A DNA stretch of 51,040 bases, taken from contig RFHI01000259.1 of NCBI GenBank assembly GCA_003696425.1, positions 1 through 51,040 of the forward strand, in the 5' to 3' direction. Under the pieces are notes generated by a model. It worked only from the letters and a program-made list of their open reading frames with translations, was not told the DNA's origin and did not search any database. A program made the position numbers and the translations under genes. The DNA comes from Candidatus Dadabacteria bacterium (lineage in GTDB: Bacteria; Bdellovibrionota_C; UBA2361; J046). The number at the start of each line of letters is the position of its first letter. Positions within the stretch are counted from its first letter, which is position 1. Shown here piece after piece: positions 29,308-39,600 of this stretch.

Positions 29308-29790
29308 ATGGCACATCGCACTATTCAGGCTGAAACCGATGCTTCAGGCGCAAAGTTTGCCGTGGTAGCCGGGCGTTTTAACAGTTTTATTTCAGAAAAA
29401 CTTGTTGATGGTGCCATAAAAGCTCTGGTTGAATGCGGAGCTTCAGATGATGCCGTGACAGTTGTATGGGTGCCTGGAAGTTACGAAATCCCTTTAATAA
29501 GTAAAAAACTTGCGGAAACAGGGAAGTTCGATGGTGTGGTTGCAGTCGGCGCTGTTATACGTGGAGAAACGCTGCATTTTGAGCTGATTGCCAATGAACT
29601 TTCGCGCGGGCTTATGCAGGTATCAATGGAAACTTCAGTCCCTGTGACTTTTGGAGTTATTACAGCCGATACGGTTGAACAAGCAACTGCCAGAGCCGGT
29701 GGAGAAGCTGGAAACAAGGGCGCAGAGGCTGCGGTTGCCGCTGTCGAGATGGTAAATGTGTTGCGGACTATTAAGAGAGGTGAGCTATGA
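29308..29790 (+). CDS. ribH: 6,7-dimethyl-8-ribityllumazine synthase
   Basis: RFNSFI, WVPGSYEIP, GAVIRGETLHF, FGVIT, GNKG. Confidence 0.97.
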   Translation: MAHRTIQAETDASGAKFAVVAGRFNSFISEKLVDGAIKALVECGASDDAVTVVWVPGSYEIPLISKKLAETGKFDGVVAVGAVIRGETLHFELIANELSRGLMQVSMETSVPVTFGVITADTVEQATARAGGEAGNKGAEAAVAAVEMVNVLRTIKRGEL

Positions 29791-30266
29791 AGTCACGCAG
29801 AAAAGCCAGAGAAGCCGCTTTGCAATTACTTTATATGTGCGATACGGCACGTAATTGGGATCCGCAGCAAATTGATATTTTCTTTGAGGCCTTTGTGCTC
29901 TCTGACGAAGAAAATAGTGAGGTTGAAAGGAAAAACACAAGCTTTTCCCGCCGCTTGATGCGGGGAGTGTGTGAAAATGTTGAATACCTTGATTCAATAA
30001 TTAATCAGGCTTCAACCCGTTGGAGCGTAAGACGTATGGCTCGTGTGGATCGGAATATTATAAGGCTTGCCACTTATGAGCTTGCTTTTGAAGATGAAAT
30101 CCCGACTAACGTCAGTATTAATGAGAGCATAGAAATCGCCAAGCGTTTCGGGACCAAGGATTCACCGGTTTTTGTTAACGGGGTACTTGATCACGTTGCC
30201 AGACTTGTTAAAGAGGGAGCTGCTACTAAAAGTAAGCAGACCATTAAGAAGCTGGCGGTCTCCTGA
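29787..30266 (+). CDS. nusB: Transcription antitermination factor NusB
   Basis: RRKAREAALQLLY, VDRNIIRLA, INESIEIAKRFG, FVNGVLD; follows ribH. Confidence 0.97.
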   Translation: MKSRRKAREAALQLLYMCDTARNWDPQQIDIFFEAFVLSDEENSEVERKNTSFSRRLMRGVCENVEYLDSIINQASTRWSVRRMARVDRNIIRLATYELAFEDEIPTNVSINESIEIAKRFGTKDSPVFVNGVLDHVARLVKEGAATKSKQTIKKLAVS

Positions 30267-32085
30267 TTTTTGACTGTCTTTTTGGCCGCTGTTGCCTGTT
30301 TCTGTTGCGCTTTCTTTTTTGGGCAAGCTCTACCTGAAGTTCTGCAACTGACCATTCAAACTTTGGATGCTTGCCTGTTTGAACTACAAGCAAACAGGAT
30401 GTTGTTAAAGGCTCAGAAAAATAGAGCGTTACATCACTCTGTCCGCCATAATAGGGGTACCCCTCAGGGGTAACCTGCACAGGACCCTGCCAGTTGGGTT
30501 GACTGTATACCGTTTTATAAGATTTGAATCGATCCATCTGCTTGGTTCTTCCGTGAAAGCATTTGTCGCCAGTCTTTACGGTAATGCCACGTGGAAAATC
30601 AGCAAGATAAATACCCGGATCAAGCTTTAATGCACCAACTTTAAGCGGTTCTTTAAAGTAAATGTGCAGCCACTCGCCACCAATTTGTCGTCCCAGTGCA
30701 GTTGACCAACGTGTAGCGGGATTTGAATCAAACATTTTTTTTAGAACCTTTCGATTATTATGATGTGAGCTATAAACTCTAATAATTTTTCTGCGTTTAA
30801 GCAGGTGCCTAAAAGATAAAATCCTCTTTCGGTGCTTAATAGCCCAGATGCCCTCATTTAAGATTACATTGAGTGATGGGGAAGCAATGATCTTGCGTTC
30901 TTCTGCGCCGGAAGCAGCGTAGATGCTATGTGGCGCTTGCTTCTGCAGAATTGCCGCAGGCTGCTCCCCTGCCTTTGTGGCTAACAGAACTGCAATAAAT
31001 ACTGGTAGAACAGTTGCAACTGCAATATGGCTCCTTAAACTTAGCTCTGCAAAATAAATAATGGCCAGTGAAAAAAAGATCGGTAAAAGTGGAATAAAAA
31101 ACAATCCTGGCAGCAATCGCCCTATTACCGCTACTGGCATAATAGAGGCAATCGATTCAGCGGGAAGTGAATCCAGCAAAGAATTTCCGGCCAGCAGGCA
31201 GAGAATAACAAGTGTATCTCGCGTAGCCTTGTTTGAGTTATACAGGATGATTAGTAAAATCAAGGCAACTAAAGTCAGAAGAAGTGAAGGTGCAAAGTAA
31301 ATAGATTTTAATCCTGCACGATTAATAAACGGAATTGATGGAGCTGAACTGATTAGTGGTGTAATAATGCCGGGTAGTCCATCGTCCGGTACCACATGAG
31401 CCAAAAAAGGGTAGTCCGGGATATGGGGCGCAGGGAAAACTATACCCGTGTAAAACATTATTGCCCCCGATGTCAAAAGGACCAGTTTAACTGTTGTATT
31501 AATGGGGGAGCTGTGTTCTTTAGAATAAAGAGCAATGAGCAGCGCCAGGATGTAAAGTAATAACGCCAGCGGGCCAGTTGCCAGTGCAGATACAGGAGCT
31601 GCTAAAACCACCAGCAGTTTCCACAGCAGCGCTGAATGTTGTGAGTTTAGTAGCTTGTCTAAAATGACACTTAGCAGCGCAAACCAGCTGATAGAAGCCA
31701 GTACGACCCGATCGCTTCCGAAAAGGATAATTACTGCGCAAGTAAGCAATAGAGTCCCTGGAGCCGCTAGGAGTCTTCTATCTGTTGGTAATTTAAAAAA
31801 TAAAAATATATAAACTGATACAAATAAAATAAATACCTCTGCTAGCAGGTAAGCCTTACTCGGTTGGGCCAATAATTGTTGCAGGACCTCGCCGATCAGC
31901 CTCAGAATTGGGCCGTCACGCCAGAGGTGATAAGCATTGTGGGTTGCGCTTGCAATAGTGTAAATACTGCCATCAACAGGTTTTAGCGGATAGGTAAGAT
32001 AAGGATCAAGTAAAGGTGCACAGAGCAGATATGCAAACCATAATGCAATCAGCAGGTAAATCGGTGATAAAATATATTTATTCAT
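30244..32085 (-). CDS. Polytopic membrane protein with C-terminal discoidin (F5/8 type C)-like domain
   Basis: About 10 hydrophobic segments, then MFDSNPATRWST...EWLHIYF...FPRG...WSVAEL. Confidence 0.65.
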   Translation of the reverse strand: MNKYILSPIYLLIALWFAYLLCAPLLDPYLTYPLKPVDGSIYTIASATHNAYHLWRDGPILRLIGEVLQQLLAQPSKAYLLAEVFILFVSVYIFLFFKLPTDRRLLAAPGTLLLTCAVIILFGSDRVVLASISWFALLSVILDKLLNSQHSALLWKLLVVLAAPVSALATGPLALLLYILALLIALYSKEHSSPINTTVKLVLLTSGAIMFYTGIVFPAPHIPDYPFLAHVVPDDGLPGIITPLISSAPSIPFINRAGLKSIYFAPSLLLTLVALILLIILYNSNKATRDTLVILCLLAGNSLLDSLPAESIASIMPVAVIGRLLPGLFFIPLLPIFFSLAIIYFAELSLRSHIAVATVLPVFIAVLLATKAGEQPAAILQKQAPHSIYAASGAEERKIIASPSLNVILNEGIWAIKHRKRILSFRHLLKRRKIIRVYSSHHNNRKVLKKMFDSNPATRWSTALGRQIGGEWLHIYFKEPLKVGALKLDPGIYLADFPRGITVKTGDKCFHGRTKQMDRFKSYKTVYSQPNWQGPVQVTPEGYPYYGGQSDVTLYFSEPLTTSCLLVVQTGKHPKFEWSVAELQVELAQKRKRNRNRQQRPKRQSKIRRPPAS

Positions 32086-34307
32086 GACCTGAAAAGTAAT
32101 CTCCGATAAGCTGGCATGCTTTTCAAAGTGATCGTACGGTTAAGCGGACAATTTTCAAGCTCCACAAGCACCACCTCTGGTGCTGCTTGGTATGGTTTGA
32201 CTGCACATCCAGTAGCCTCAAGAAACGGAAAGTAATTGTATTTAATAACTGCATCTTTACTTTTCAGCTTAAGGGTTACTGAGTTTGAATTTTGTTGCAG
32301 CACCTTACCCTGGCCCTTTAAAAAGTAAGAACTCTTGAAATCCTTACGAACAAAGAGGTGAAACCTGCCTTCTGTGGCCACCCGCACAAACTTTTCAGGG
32401 TGGTTTGTAAAAAATTTTTTCCAGCGCCGTTCATGTGCAAAGATTGCTGATACATTGTACAGATCCAGGTACTCTTCGATTCCTTCAAGTCTTCTATTAA
32501 TAAAGCTGTGCGGGAATAACTGCTTATACCTCCACAGATTGTGCACGTAGCTTGAGGCCATAAGAGGCTTGCCGGTCAAATATGCAAGTGGCGCCAGATG
32601 AGCATGGTTTAACTCGTGCAGCACAAAGCCGGAAAAGGCGATACGTCCACCAACTGAAAGATTCCGAATAGTTTCTATCAGGTGATCGGTTTTTGGTTCT
32701 TTAAAGTAATATTTTACCAGTGAATGATTAACAGTAATAGCTGCGGTCGCAAGTGGACCGCTTAACAGAAATCCACTAATAAGGGCCACAAGGGAACGGC
32801 TTATTATTCCTGACTTTTCTGTCACATTTCTTTTCATTAAAGTTGAGATTGCAGCAGCAGCAGGAATACATGCGATTATTTGTAATATCACCAGCATGCG
32901 ATCCAACTCAAGCTGTGGTTTTAGAGGAGATAATCCAGCCCCCATTATTAGAAGCCAAAGCGATGTAGCGGCAATAAGCCAGCCAGACAGGCCCCCGATT
33001 AATGTCAGACCTGGCAGCAACATAAAAATAAGCAAAGGATTTGTCGAAATAGTTTTTTCACGTAAAGCTTTCAGGCTATCTTTTAAATTCAAGCTAGCTG
33101 CATTTTTTTTAAATGTTTTGTGCTGGCCTGTCAGAGATGCTTCCGCCTCCTGAGCCATGCTGGTATAAGCCGGCTTTTCGGATTTTATAAATTTAGAAAC
33201 GTTTGATACTGACCAGAAAATGGAGATCCATGGAAGATTAATCGCGATAATTGCGACAGCCAGAGGAATTAGCAGACGTTTTTTTAACAGAGCACCGCGG
33301 CCGCAAAAGGCCATTACAACTTTTGCTAAACCAATCAACATAGCCGGGATAAGTACCAGCCCCGAAGGCGACCATAACAACACCAGAGAAAACAGCAGTA
33401 CATACAAAATAGCTTCAGTCAAGGTTAACCTAATATGCTCATTCAACAATCTGCAGGTAAGCGCTAAAAGAAGTGGAAGTAGCGAGGTGCTTGTTACAAA
33501 TCCCATGGTGCCATACTTTAAACCCCACTCAAACCATGTCAGGCTGGTTGAAACCGACAGGATCGAAGCAATTGCCGGGGCGGGATGCTTGAGATTCACA
33601 AGCCTGCAAGCGCAGTACGAGGAAAGCGGCAGCAGCACAAATAATACACCCACCACGATAAAATTATATATCTGCTCAACGGGGTAGAGATAGATAAGCG
33701 GAGAGAAGAGTAAAAACACATTAAGCGCGCCCGTAGCAAAAAAATCGCGGTTATCTATTCCGCCATTCCAGAATGGATTGTAAAAGGGGATAGAAGGAAA
33801 ATTTTCTTTTAGAAGTTCCAGTCTATACAGAAAAGTGGAGTGATCGTCAGAGAATATAAGGCGGCCAGCGCTCTCCCAGAAAAAACAACCTATACACAGT
33901 GTGATCGCCAAAATGGCAGTTACGGGTAAACTTTGTTCGGGAGCTTTATTGACAAAGAAAAAACTGCAGAGCGACATGAAAATTATCTCTCCGCGGATGG
34001 AAGGGCCTTGAAAAAAATTGTAGCGGTGGTTTAGCCAGTCGCTGAGAAAAACCAGACAAATTGCGAACGCAAAGAGCTCTAACATTATCAGGCGACCTGA
34101 CAGGTTTAAGCCGTTCAGTAGTATGCCCAGAACGCAGAGAATCGCTCCCGATACCAGCACTGCTTTTGCGTTGGAATAAAGTGTTAACCCGTTGTGATCC
34201 CATAGGGCAAGGGATTTGATGGAGAGAGAAAATATAAAAAGCAGTAGTCCACCTGATACTAGCAGGGTTGCGAATCTATTTTTTGTATCGTAGCCGGAAT
34301 GTTCCAT
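32082..34307 (-). CDS. GT-C-like membrane protein (YfhO / PTPS-related family)
   Basis: DDHSTFLYRL...YNPFWNGG loop followed by many TMs and a soluble C-terminal domain; its stop overlaps the next start (ATGA). Confidence 0.6.
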   Translation of the reverse strand: MEHSGYDTKNRFATLLVSGGLLLFIFSLSIKSLALWDHNGLTLYSNAKAVLVSGAILCVLGILLNGLNLSGRLIMLELFAFAICLVFLSDWLNHRYNFFQGPSIRGEIIFMSLCSFFFVNKAPEQSLPVTAILAITLCIGCFFWESAGRLIFSDDHSTFLYRLELLKENFPSIPFYNPFWNGGIDNRDFFATGALNVFLLFSPLIYLYPVEQIYNFIVVGVLFVLLPLSSYCACRLVNLKHPAPAIASILSVSTSLTWFEWGLKYGTMGFVTSTSLLPLLLALTCRLLNEHIRLTLTEAILYVLLFSLVLLWSPSGLVLIPAMLIGLAKVVMAFCGRGALLKKRLLIPLAVAIIAINLPWISIFWSVSNVSKFIKSEKPAYTSMAQEAEASLTGQHKTFKKNAASLNLKDSLKALREKTISTNPLLIFMLLPGLTLIGGLSGWLIAATSLWLLIMGAGLSPLKPQLELDRMLVILQIIACIPAAAAISTLMKRNVTEKSGIISRSLVALISGFLLSGPLATAAITVNHSLVKYYFKEPKTDHLIETIRNLSVGGRIAFSGFVLHELNHAHLAPLAYLTGKPLMASSYVHNLWRYKQLFPHSFINRRLEGIEEYLDLYNVSAIFAHERRWKKFFTNHPEKFVRVATEGRFHLFVRKDFKSSYFLKGQGKVLQQNSNSVTLKLKSKDAVIKYNYFPFLEATGCAVKPYQAAPEVVLVELENCPLNRTITLKSMPAYRRLLFRS

Positions 34308-34366
34308 TCCGGCTATTATAGTGGCTGATTACACGATGATAAAGGGTTGCAATGACAGATCCGGCA

Positions 34367-35434
34367 TCAATGGGCAATCTTGTCCAAACCAAGCTCCCTG
34401 TAAAAGGGATCGAAGTTAAAGACAGCTTCAGCAAAACAGTCCAAAGCCTGGTCGTTATCGTGCTTATTTAAAGCTTCAAGGCCCTGCTCAAGGCGGGAGT
34501 TAATAAGTTCCAGGTTGTCCGGATTAAAGGTGATATAGCGGTTCTTACCGGAACGCGATGTTTTACGAAGTTCATACTGCTGAAGACTTGACACCAGATT
34601 GGCTACAGCTCCAAGTGTTTCTCCTTTTCTTAAAGAGATTAAGGCGCGTAAGGCCAGGGAGCGGGGACTCTCATCAAGGGTGTCTCCTAACTGCAAGCAC
34701 TCTAATGCAAGATCCAGGCTGCCGAGACTTATAAAGTGAGCAGCAAGGGTGTGGTAACAAAGAGCTGCGCACTCTTCCTGGTGAGAATCCCAAGCCTTAT
34801 CAGGAAAGAGCTCTTCTATATTGCAAATATTAACCGCGTTATGCAGGGCACGACTCAAACTTTGCTCATCAAGAGGCGCTGAATCCTGCCCTGATTCTGA
34901 ACAGGACGACCTGATTAGCTGCTGTCCGGAGTTCAAAGCTGCAATCATAGCCGCCATGATGAAATCTGTAGCATTCTCTATCTGAAGCTCTGAGTTTAGT
35001 GTTCCTTGCAGTTCTGTTGTGATGCTTATATGTGCTGCAGGAGCGCTTGGTCGTCTCATTATGTAACCAACCAGCATATCTGTATTATTGATCGGAAATT
35101 CAGGGGAGTTCCCTTCTATAGCTGTAAAGAGTAGGGCATCATTGGTAAGCTCGCTGGCTTCAGCGATTAATGCTTCAACGGCCTCGCTATTCCAGACAGC
35201 AGCATCAATAATCACAAGTCGGTTGGCGTTACCGTTGTTAGTTACATTTGAGATTGCCTCGAGTATTGAGACATGGGCCGGATTAAATACAACAACATCT
35301 TTTAACAGCCGATCCTGATTAATGGTACCAATAACGCTTACGTCACTTACAGCGTCCGCACCAGACAGACCGTTAATTACCTCTACGATCCGATTATCGT
35401 TAGCTCCGTTCTGAATAACAATAACGCTCGACAT
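34367..35434 (-). CDS. Hypothetical protein; degenerate GT-A-like N-terminus and TPR-like C-terminus
   Basis: SVIVIQN...VSVIG...LVIIDAA pattern; helical YHTLAAHF...ALECL and ALDCFAEAV repeats; GAGG RBS. Confidence 0.5.
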   Translation of the reverse strand: MSSVIVIQNGANDNRIVEVINGLSGADAVSDVSVIGTINQDRLLKDVVVFNPAHVSILEAISNVTNNGNANRLVIIDAAVWNSEAVEALIAEASELTNDALLFTAIEGNSPEFPINNTDMLVGYIMRRPSAPAAHISITTELQGTLNSELQIENATDFIMAAMIAALNSGQQLIRSSCSESGQDSAPLDEQSLSRALHNAVNICNIEELFPDKAWDSHQEECAALCYHTLAAHFISLGSLDLALECLQLGDTLDESPRSLALRALISLRKGETLGAVANLVSSLQQYELRKTSRSGKNRYITFNPDNLELINSRLEQGLEALNKHDNDQALDCFAEAVFNFDPFYRELGLDKIAH

Positions 35435-35459
35435 GACTAACCTCTAACTAACATAACAC

Positions 35460-35512
35460 GCACTTCCTGTGCTGTCCCGTATTAAAATAGCTTTTCGCTG
35501 CCGTCCTGCAGC
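35460..35512 (-). promoter_or_regulatory. Two GGA-loop hairpins (CsrA/RsmA-site-like) in the leader of the 35434 gene
   Basis: Minus strand GCUGC-AGGACG-GCAGC (35512-35497) and GCAC-AGGAA-GUGC (35472-35460), with a third GGA between them. Confidence 0.55.
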
Positions 35513-35937
35513 AATAATAACCTTCTTAGTGCTTTTTGATGCAGCGACCGAAAGAAAGGGTACAAAATTCAACTATTTTTAGACATCTACTTGAAATTAC
35601 AAACAAAAATTTTGCCTGTTACATGCAGTGGCTTCTGAGGCCAGGCAGTGGTTATTCTAGTAGAATGAATGTTTTAAAGATTTTTTTAAATGGATTAAGA
35701 ATGTTAGCTTGACTATTGAAAGCGGGGTCGGCGTGGGGTCACTTTATCATTTCTGGTTGTTTTAAAACCTAATAATATAAACGGGTAACAGGGTAGAGCA
35801 TCTTTATCGGCGGCACCGGTTCTAATTCGAATTTAACTTTTTTAGAAATTTGGTTTTAAGCCAGCGAGGGTGATTTGTTGTCTGCTATTAGGCGGAGGGG
35901 GACGAACCGTAAGTATTTATTTTAGCAGGAGCATCTC

Positions 35938-36411
35938 GTGGAAACTTTTAAAAAAGTCTTTTTAAATGGGAATGTCAGGCATAGCAGCTTAATGAAACGT
36001 AAAATAAGTGACCTTTTTGATACGGGTATAGTTTCGATAAGCGCAGATGCGTCGTTGCATGATGCGTTGGAAAAGCTTATCGAATTTGATGCCCAGGAAG
36101 CGCTGGTTCAGGATTCGCCTGATACCATTGAAGGGGTTTTATATAAATCTTCTATTTTGAAGCTACTTGATACTCCGGGTAGTGATCCATTTAATTTTAA
36201 GGTTCGCAGTCTTGTCGATCGTCGTATGTGTCTTGAGCCTGATACTGCTACGTTTGGTGAGATTGTCTCAAGAATGGCGCTGGGGCTTTGCCGCTCAACA
36301 GTTGTCGTTGATCGGCTTGGCAGACCCGTTCAGATTTTAACACCCGCCAAGCTTTTATCGCTTCTCGGAGGAACTCACTATCCAGTTCCCGCTGAAAAGG
36401 CATACTCCTGA
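35938..36411 (+). CDS. CBS-domain pair protein (divergent)
   Basis: IVSISADASLHDALEKL...IEGVL and VVVDRLGRPVQILT; AGGAG RBS before GTG. Confidence 0.65.
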   Translation: METFKKVFLNGNVRHSSLMKRKISDLFDTGIVSISADASLHDALEKLIEFDAQEALVQDSPDTIEGVLYKSSILKLLDTPGSDPFNFKVRSLVDRRMCLEPDTATFGEIVSRMALGLCRSTVVVDRLGRPVQILTPAKLLSLLGGTHYPVPAEKAYS

Positions 36412-36651
36412 AACAGTGTGTCATTGTATTGTCTATGATTTCAGATTACGGAGATAGCTACCTTCAGAAAAACCAGGAGTATCATTAAATGTTACTTCCA
36501 CAGGTTCGTGTTCCCCGGTGTTTCTCCCCTCAATAGTGGCAAGCGCACATTACTTTGCTGATAAGGGAACGATTATACTCAGCGTTAGCTGCGTGTAAAA
36601 ACAAACTGCGCTGGCCAGCGCTCAATGTGCAGCCGGCACGCTGGTGCATTA

Positions 36652-39600
36652 TTAAAACGCACTTCCTATGCTGAAGTGGAAACGAAACGACGGCTCACCA
36701 GCGCGCTCATCGAGCGGATGACCTATGTCAAAACCGATTGGACCAATTGGTGAGAGATAACGAATTCCAATTCCAGCGCTTTCCCTCAGATCCCCGGAAG
36801 ATATCGAGCGATCCTTTAAGAAGACCGTGCCTGCATCAAAGAAGCCGATTAAAGAGGTGAAATCATTTAATCTGTAACGAAGCTCTGTGTTTTGCTGCAG
36901 CAGTAAATCCCCACCAATAACGCTCCCAGCGACTCCGCGCGGTCCAAGTGAGTTTTCCCTGAATCCTCGGACTGAAGTTCGACCACCGAGATAATATCTC
37001 TGACTTATAGGAACATTGTCTGTGCCGTTAAATGTCCACAGTGATCCGGCTCTGGAGTTAAATGCAAAAGAGATACGGCGATCAAATAAAGGTAGTGGTT
37101 TAATAAAAGAAAATTTACCCTCCAGTCCAAAATAACTTGCATCAGAACCTAATTTTTTGGTGGCCAGCAATGCATCTAGCGAGAGATTAAACCCACGCGT
37201 TGGATTAAGGCGGCTATCACGACGGTCATAGTTTAAAGATGCGCTAACGAAACTGAGCTTGACTGTACCGGTATCGAACTTTCCAATAACTGCATCAGGG
37301 GAGACGTTATCAAGGTTCTCTTCAAGTAAAGTGTGGCCAAGAGATAGATCAAAATCATCACTAAAGGATCTTAATACGAACGAAGTCAGCGAGATGCGGT
37401 CAAGATCAAATTCCTGATTAGCAAGTTCCAGCTTTTGATATCTGAGATCTTCTGTTAGCCGGTAATTACTATCAAACAAAAATGGGTCTGAATAACGCAG
37501 ACTTGCAATGCCTTCAGTTACAGACGCGACAGTAGGGTCATAATAAAGATCGGCTCTCATAGCAAGGCCGCGGCCATCTGCAAAAATACCGCGATCTGTA
37601 AATTCGCCAAAAAGATGTGTTCCAAATTCAGAGTGGACACCGCCACCGATTTCAAGTGTATGGAGCGAACGCTCTATAACTGTGACTGTCAGCTGCTCAG
37701 TTGGCTGATCAAGAGAGCCGTCGGACGGTTCAAATTGAACTCGTGAAAATAATCCCAGTCGCAATAATCGCTTACGCGATAGATCAATTAACTCCTGATC
37801 CCACGGGTCTCCCGCTTGCACCAATAGTCGACTTTTAATTACTGAAACATCAATATTTTGAGCGCCCTTAATAATAATAGAGCTTATCCTTGTCCGCTTG
37901 CCGGGATTGATTAAGAGAACAGCCGGTTCATTGGAAGCCTTCATCTGAGTAGTTATTTCGGCCTTCAAGTAGCCGGCACGTATAAGTTTTTCAAGCAGTG
38001 TTTCAATATAGCTATTGATTTTTGGCACTGAAATGGGTTTATCAGGTTTTTTCGGTAGTTGAATTTTATCGGGCCAGTTTTCAGTTATTATTTTGCTGGC
38101 TATCAGCCTGTCCCCTTCGGAAATGTGATAAATGATTTTTACACTTCGCTCGTCTTGATTAGGTACGATTCGATACTTAACCATCGCTGCAGGAAACCCC
38201 TGCCAGACATAAACCTCTTTAATCGCCTCACTGTTGTGTCTTAGCATTTCATCTACAGCAAACTCAGGGCTTAAAATATCATCGCTAAATTCTGGAAAGC
38301 GCTCTTCGATCAACTTCGAGAGATTTTCCGAACTTAGCGACTTATTTCCTTTAAACTCAACTCCTGAAACCGGGACGCGCTCTTCTTCTATGATATTTAT
38401 CCTGTAATTTATACGATTATCAGTGCTAACATCCCTGGTGTAGCTAATGGTTGCATAAAGGTAGCCGGCTTCTCGGTATAGTCGTTCAATATTTTCAATT
38501 AATATATTGATTGTGTTAGCACCAAATGGTTGTTTGCGTTTAAAAAGATTAATGGTGTTTAGGAAATCGTTTGCAGAGAATACCGTGTTGCCGCTGAAAT
38601 AAAAGCTCACCGGCGCACCACTATAAACACTGAGCACAAGCTTGGCTCTGGAGCCGCGCAGTTTTTTATACTCTGCTGAAACGCGTGCCCCAATGAAACC
38701 TTCAGAGCGTAATTTGTGTAAGACCAAATTCTGGATTTTGGTCAGATACTGGCGAGTAGCGACTGTGTTTTTTGCTGGTTGATCTACAATGTTATTAACA
38801 AACTTAGGGAGGTTTTCACCTCTTATTATAATTTTAGAAATTGTATAAATTGTACCTTCCTTAACGGTTATAGATAGTTTTTTGCAATAGTCTCCCCCAA
38901 GCTCGCACTTGACCAGAGCAATAGCATCCATGTATCCGGTATTGTGGTAATAATCTTCAATGCTGCGTTTGATCTTATCAAGAGCGCTTTCAGGTATACG
39001 CGATGTGTTGTTTAGCCTTAAATGTGTAAGCAGCTTTCCCCTTGAAATGGCTTTATTGCCATTAATGTTTATTTCTAAAAGTTTTTTCTGCGAGCTTAAA
39101 ATAGTGTATGTTAGGTCAAGGGCCAGTGCATCACGCTGATTATTGTCGACTGTTTGCAACATGCCGGCAAGATTCAATTCATCAGTAAGATCGTAGCTTA
39201 GGACCAGGGACGATTCGGAGTTGGCCGCACTGATAAAGCTCTTGGCAATTATTGCAAGCCGGTTGCTAAGATTTTTTTGTGCTATTATTTGAGGTTCAAT
39301 AACGCCACGACGTCTGTTGTAATTAGGTTCAAGTGAAAGTGTGTCAATAGATGTCAGTCGTGAGAACAGCGCGCCGAGTAGAGAGCTTTCTGAGGAATCT
39401 TCTGCATCCAGGAGAAGAGGCTCGAAATCCCGCTCTGCTGAGCCTGCTCTGGTTTGCCTTATATCCCGCCCGCCAGTCGTAATTAAGGTTAGCAGTTCTT
39501 TTTGAGAATATGGGCTGTCAGAACTTAGTTCAATCGTAGGCGACGTTAGTGGTCCGTGTGCTTCGAGAATAACAAGAATATTATCCCCTTCTCTCGATCT

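Noticed and set aside
36480-36651. Small hairpins between the CBS gene and the TamB fusion as an ncRNA
   Set aside because: Short, non-nested stems adequately explained as 3'-end structures of convergent genes.
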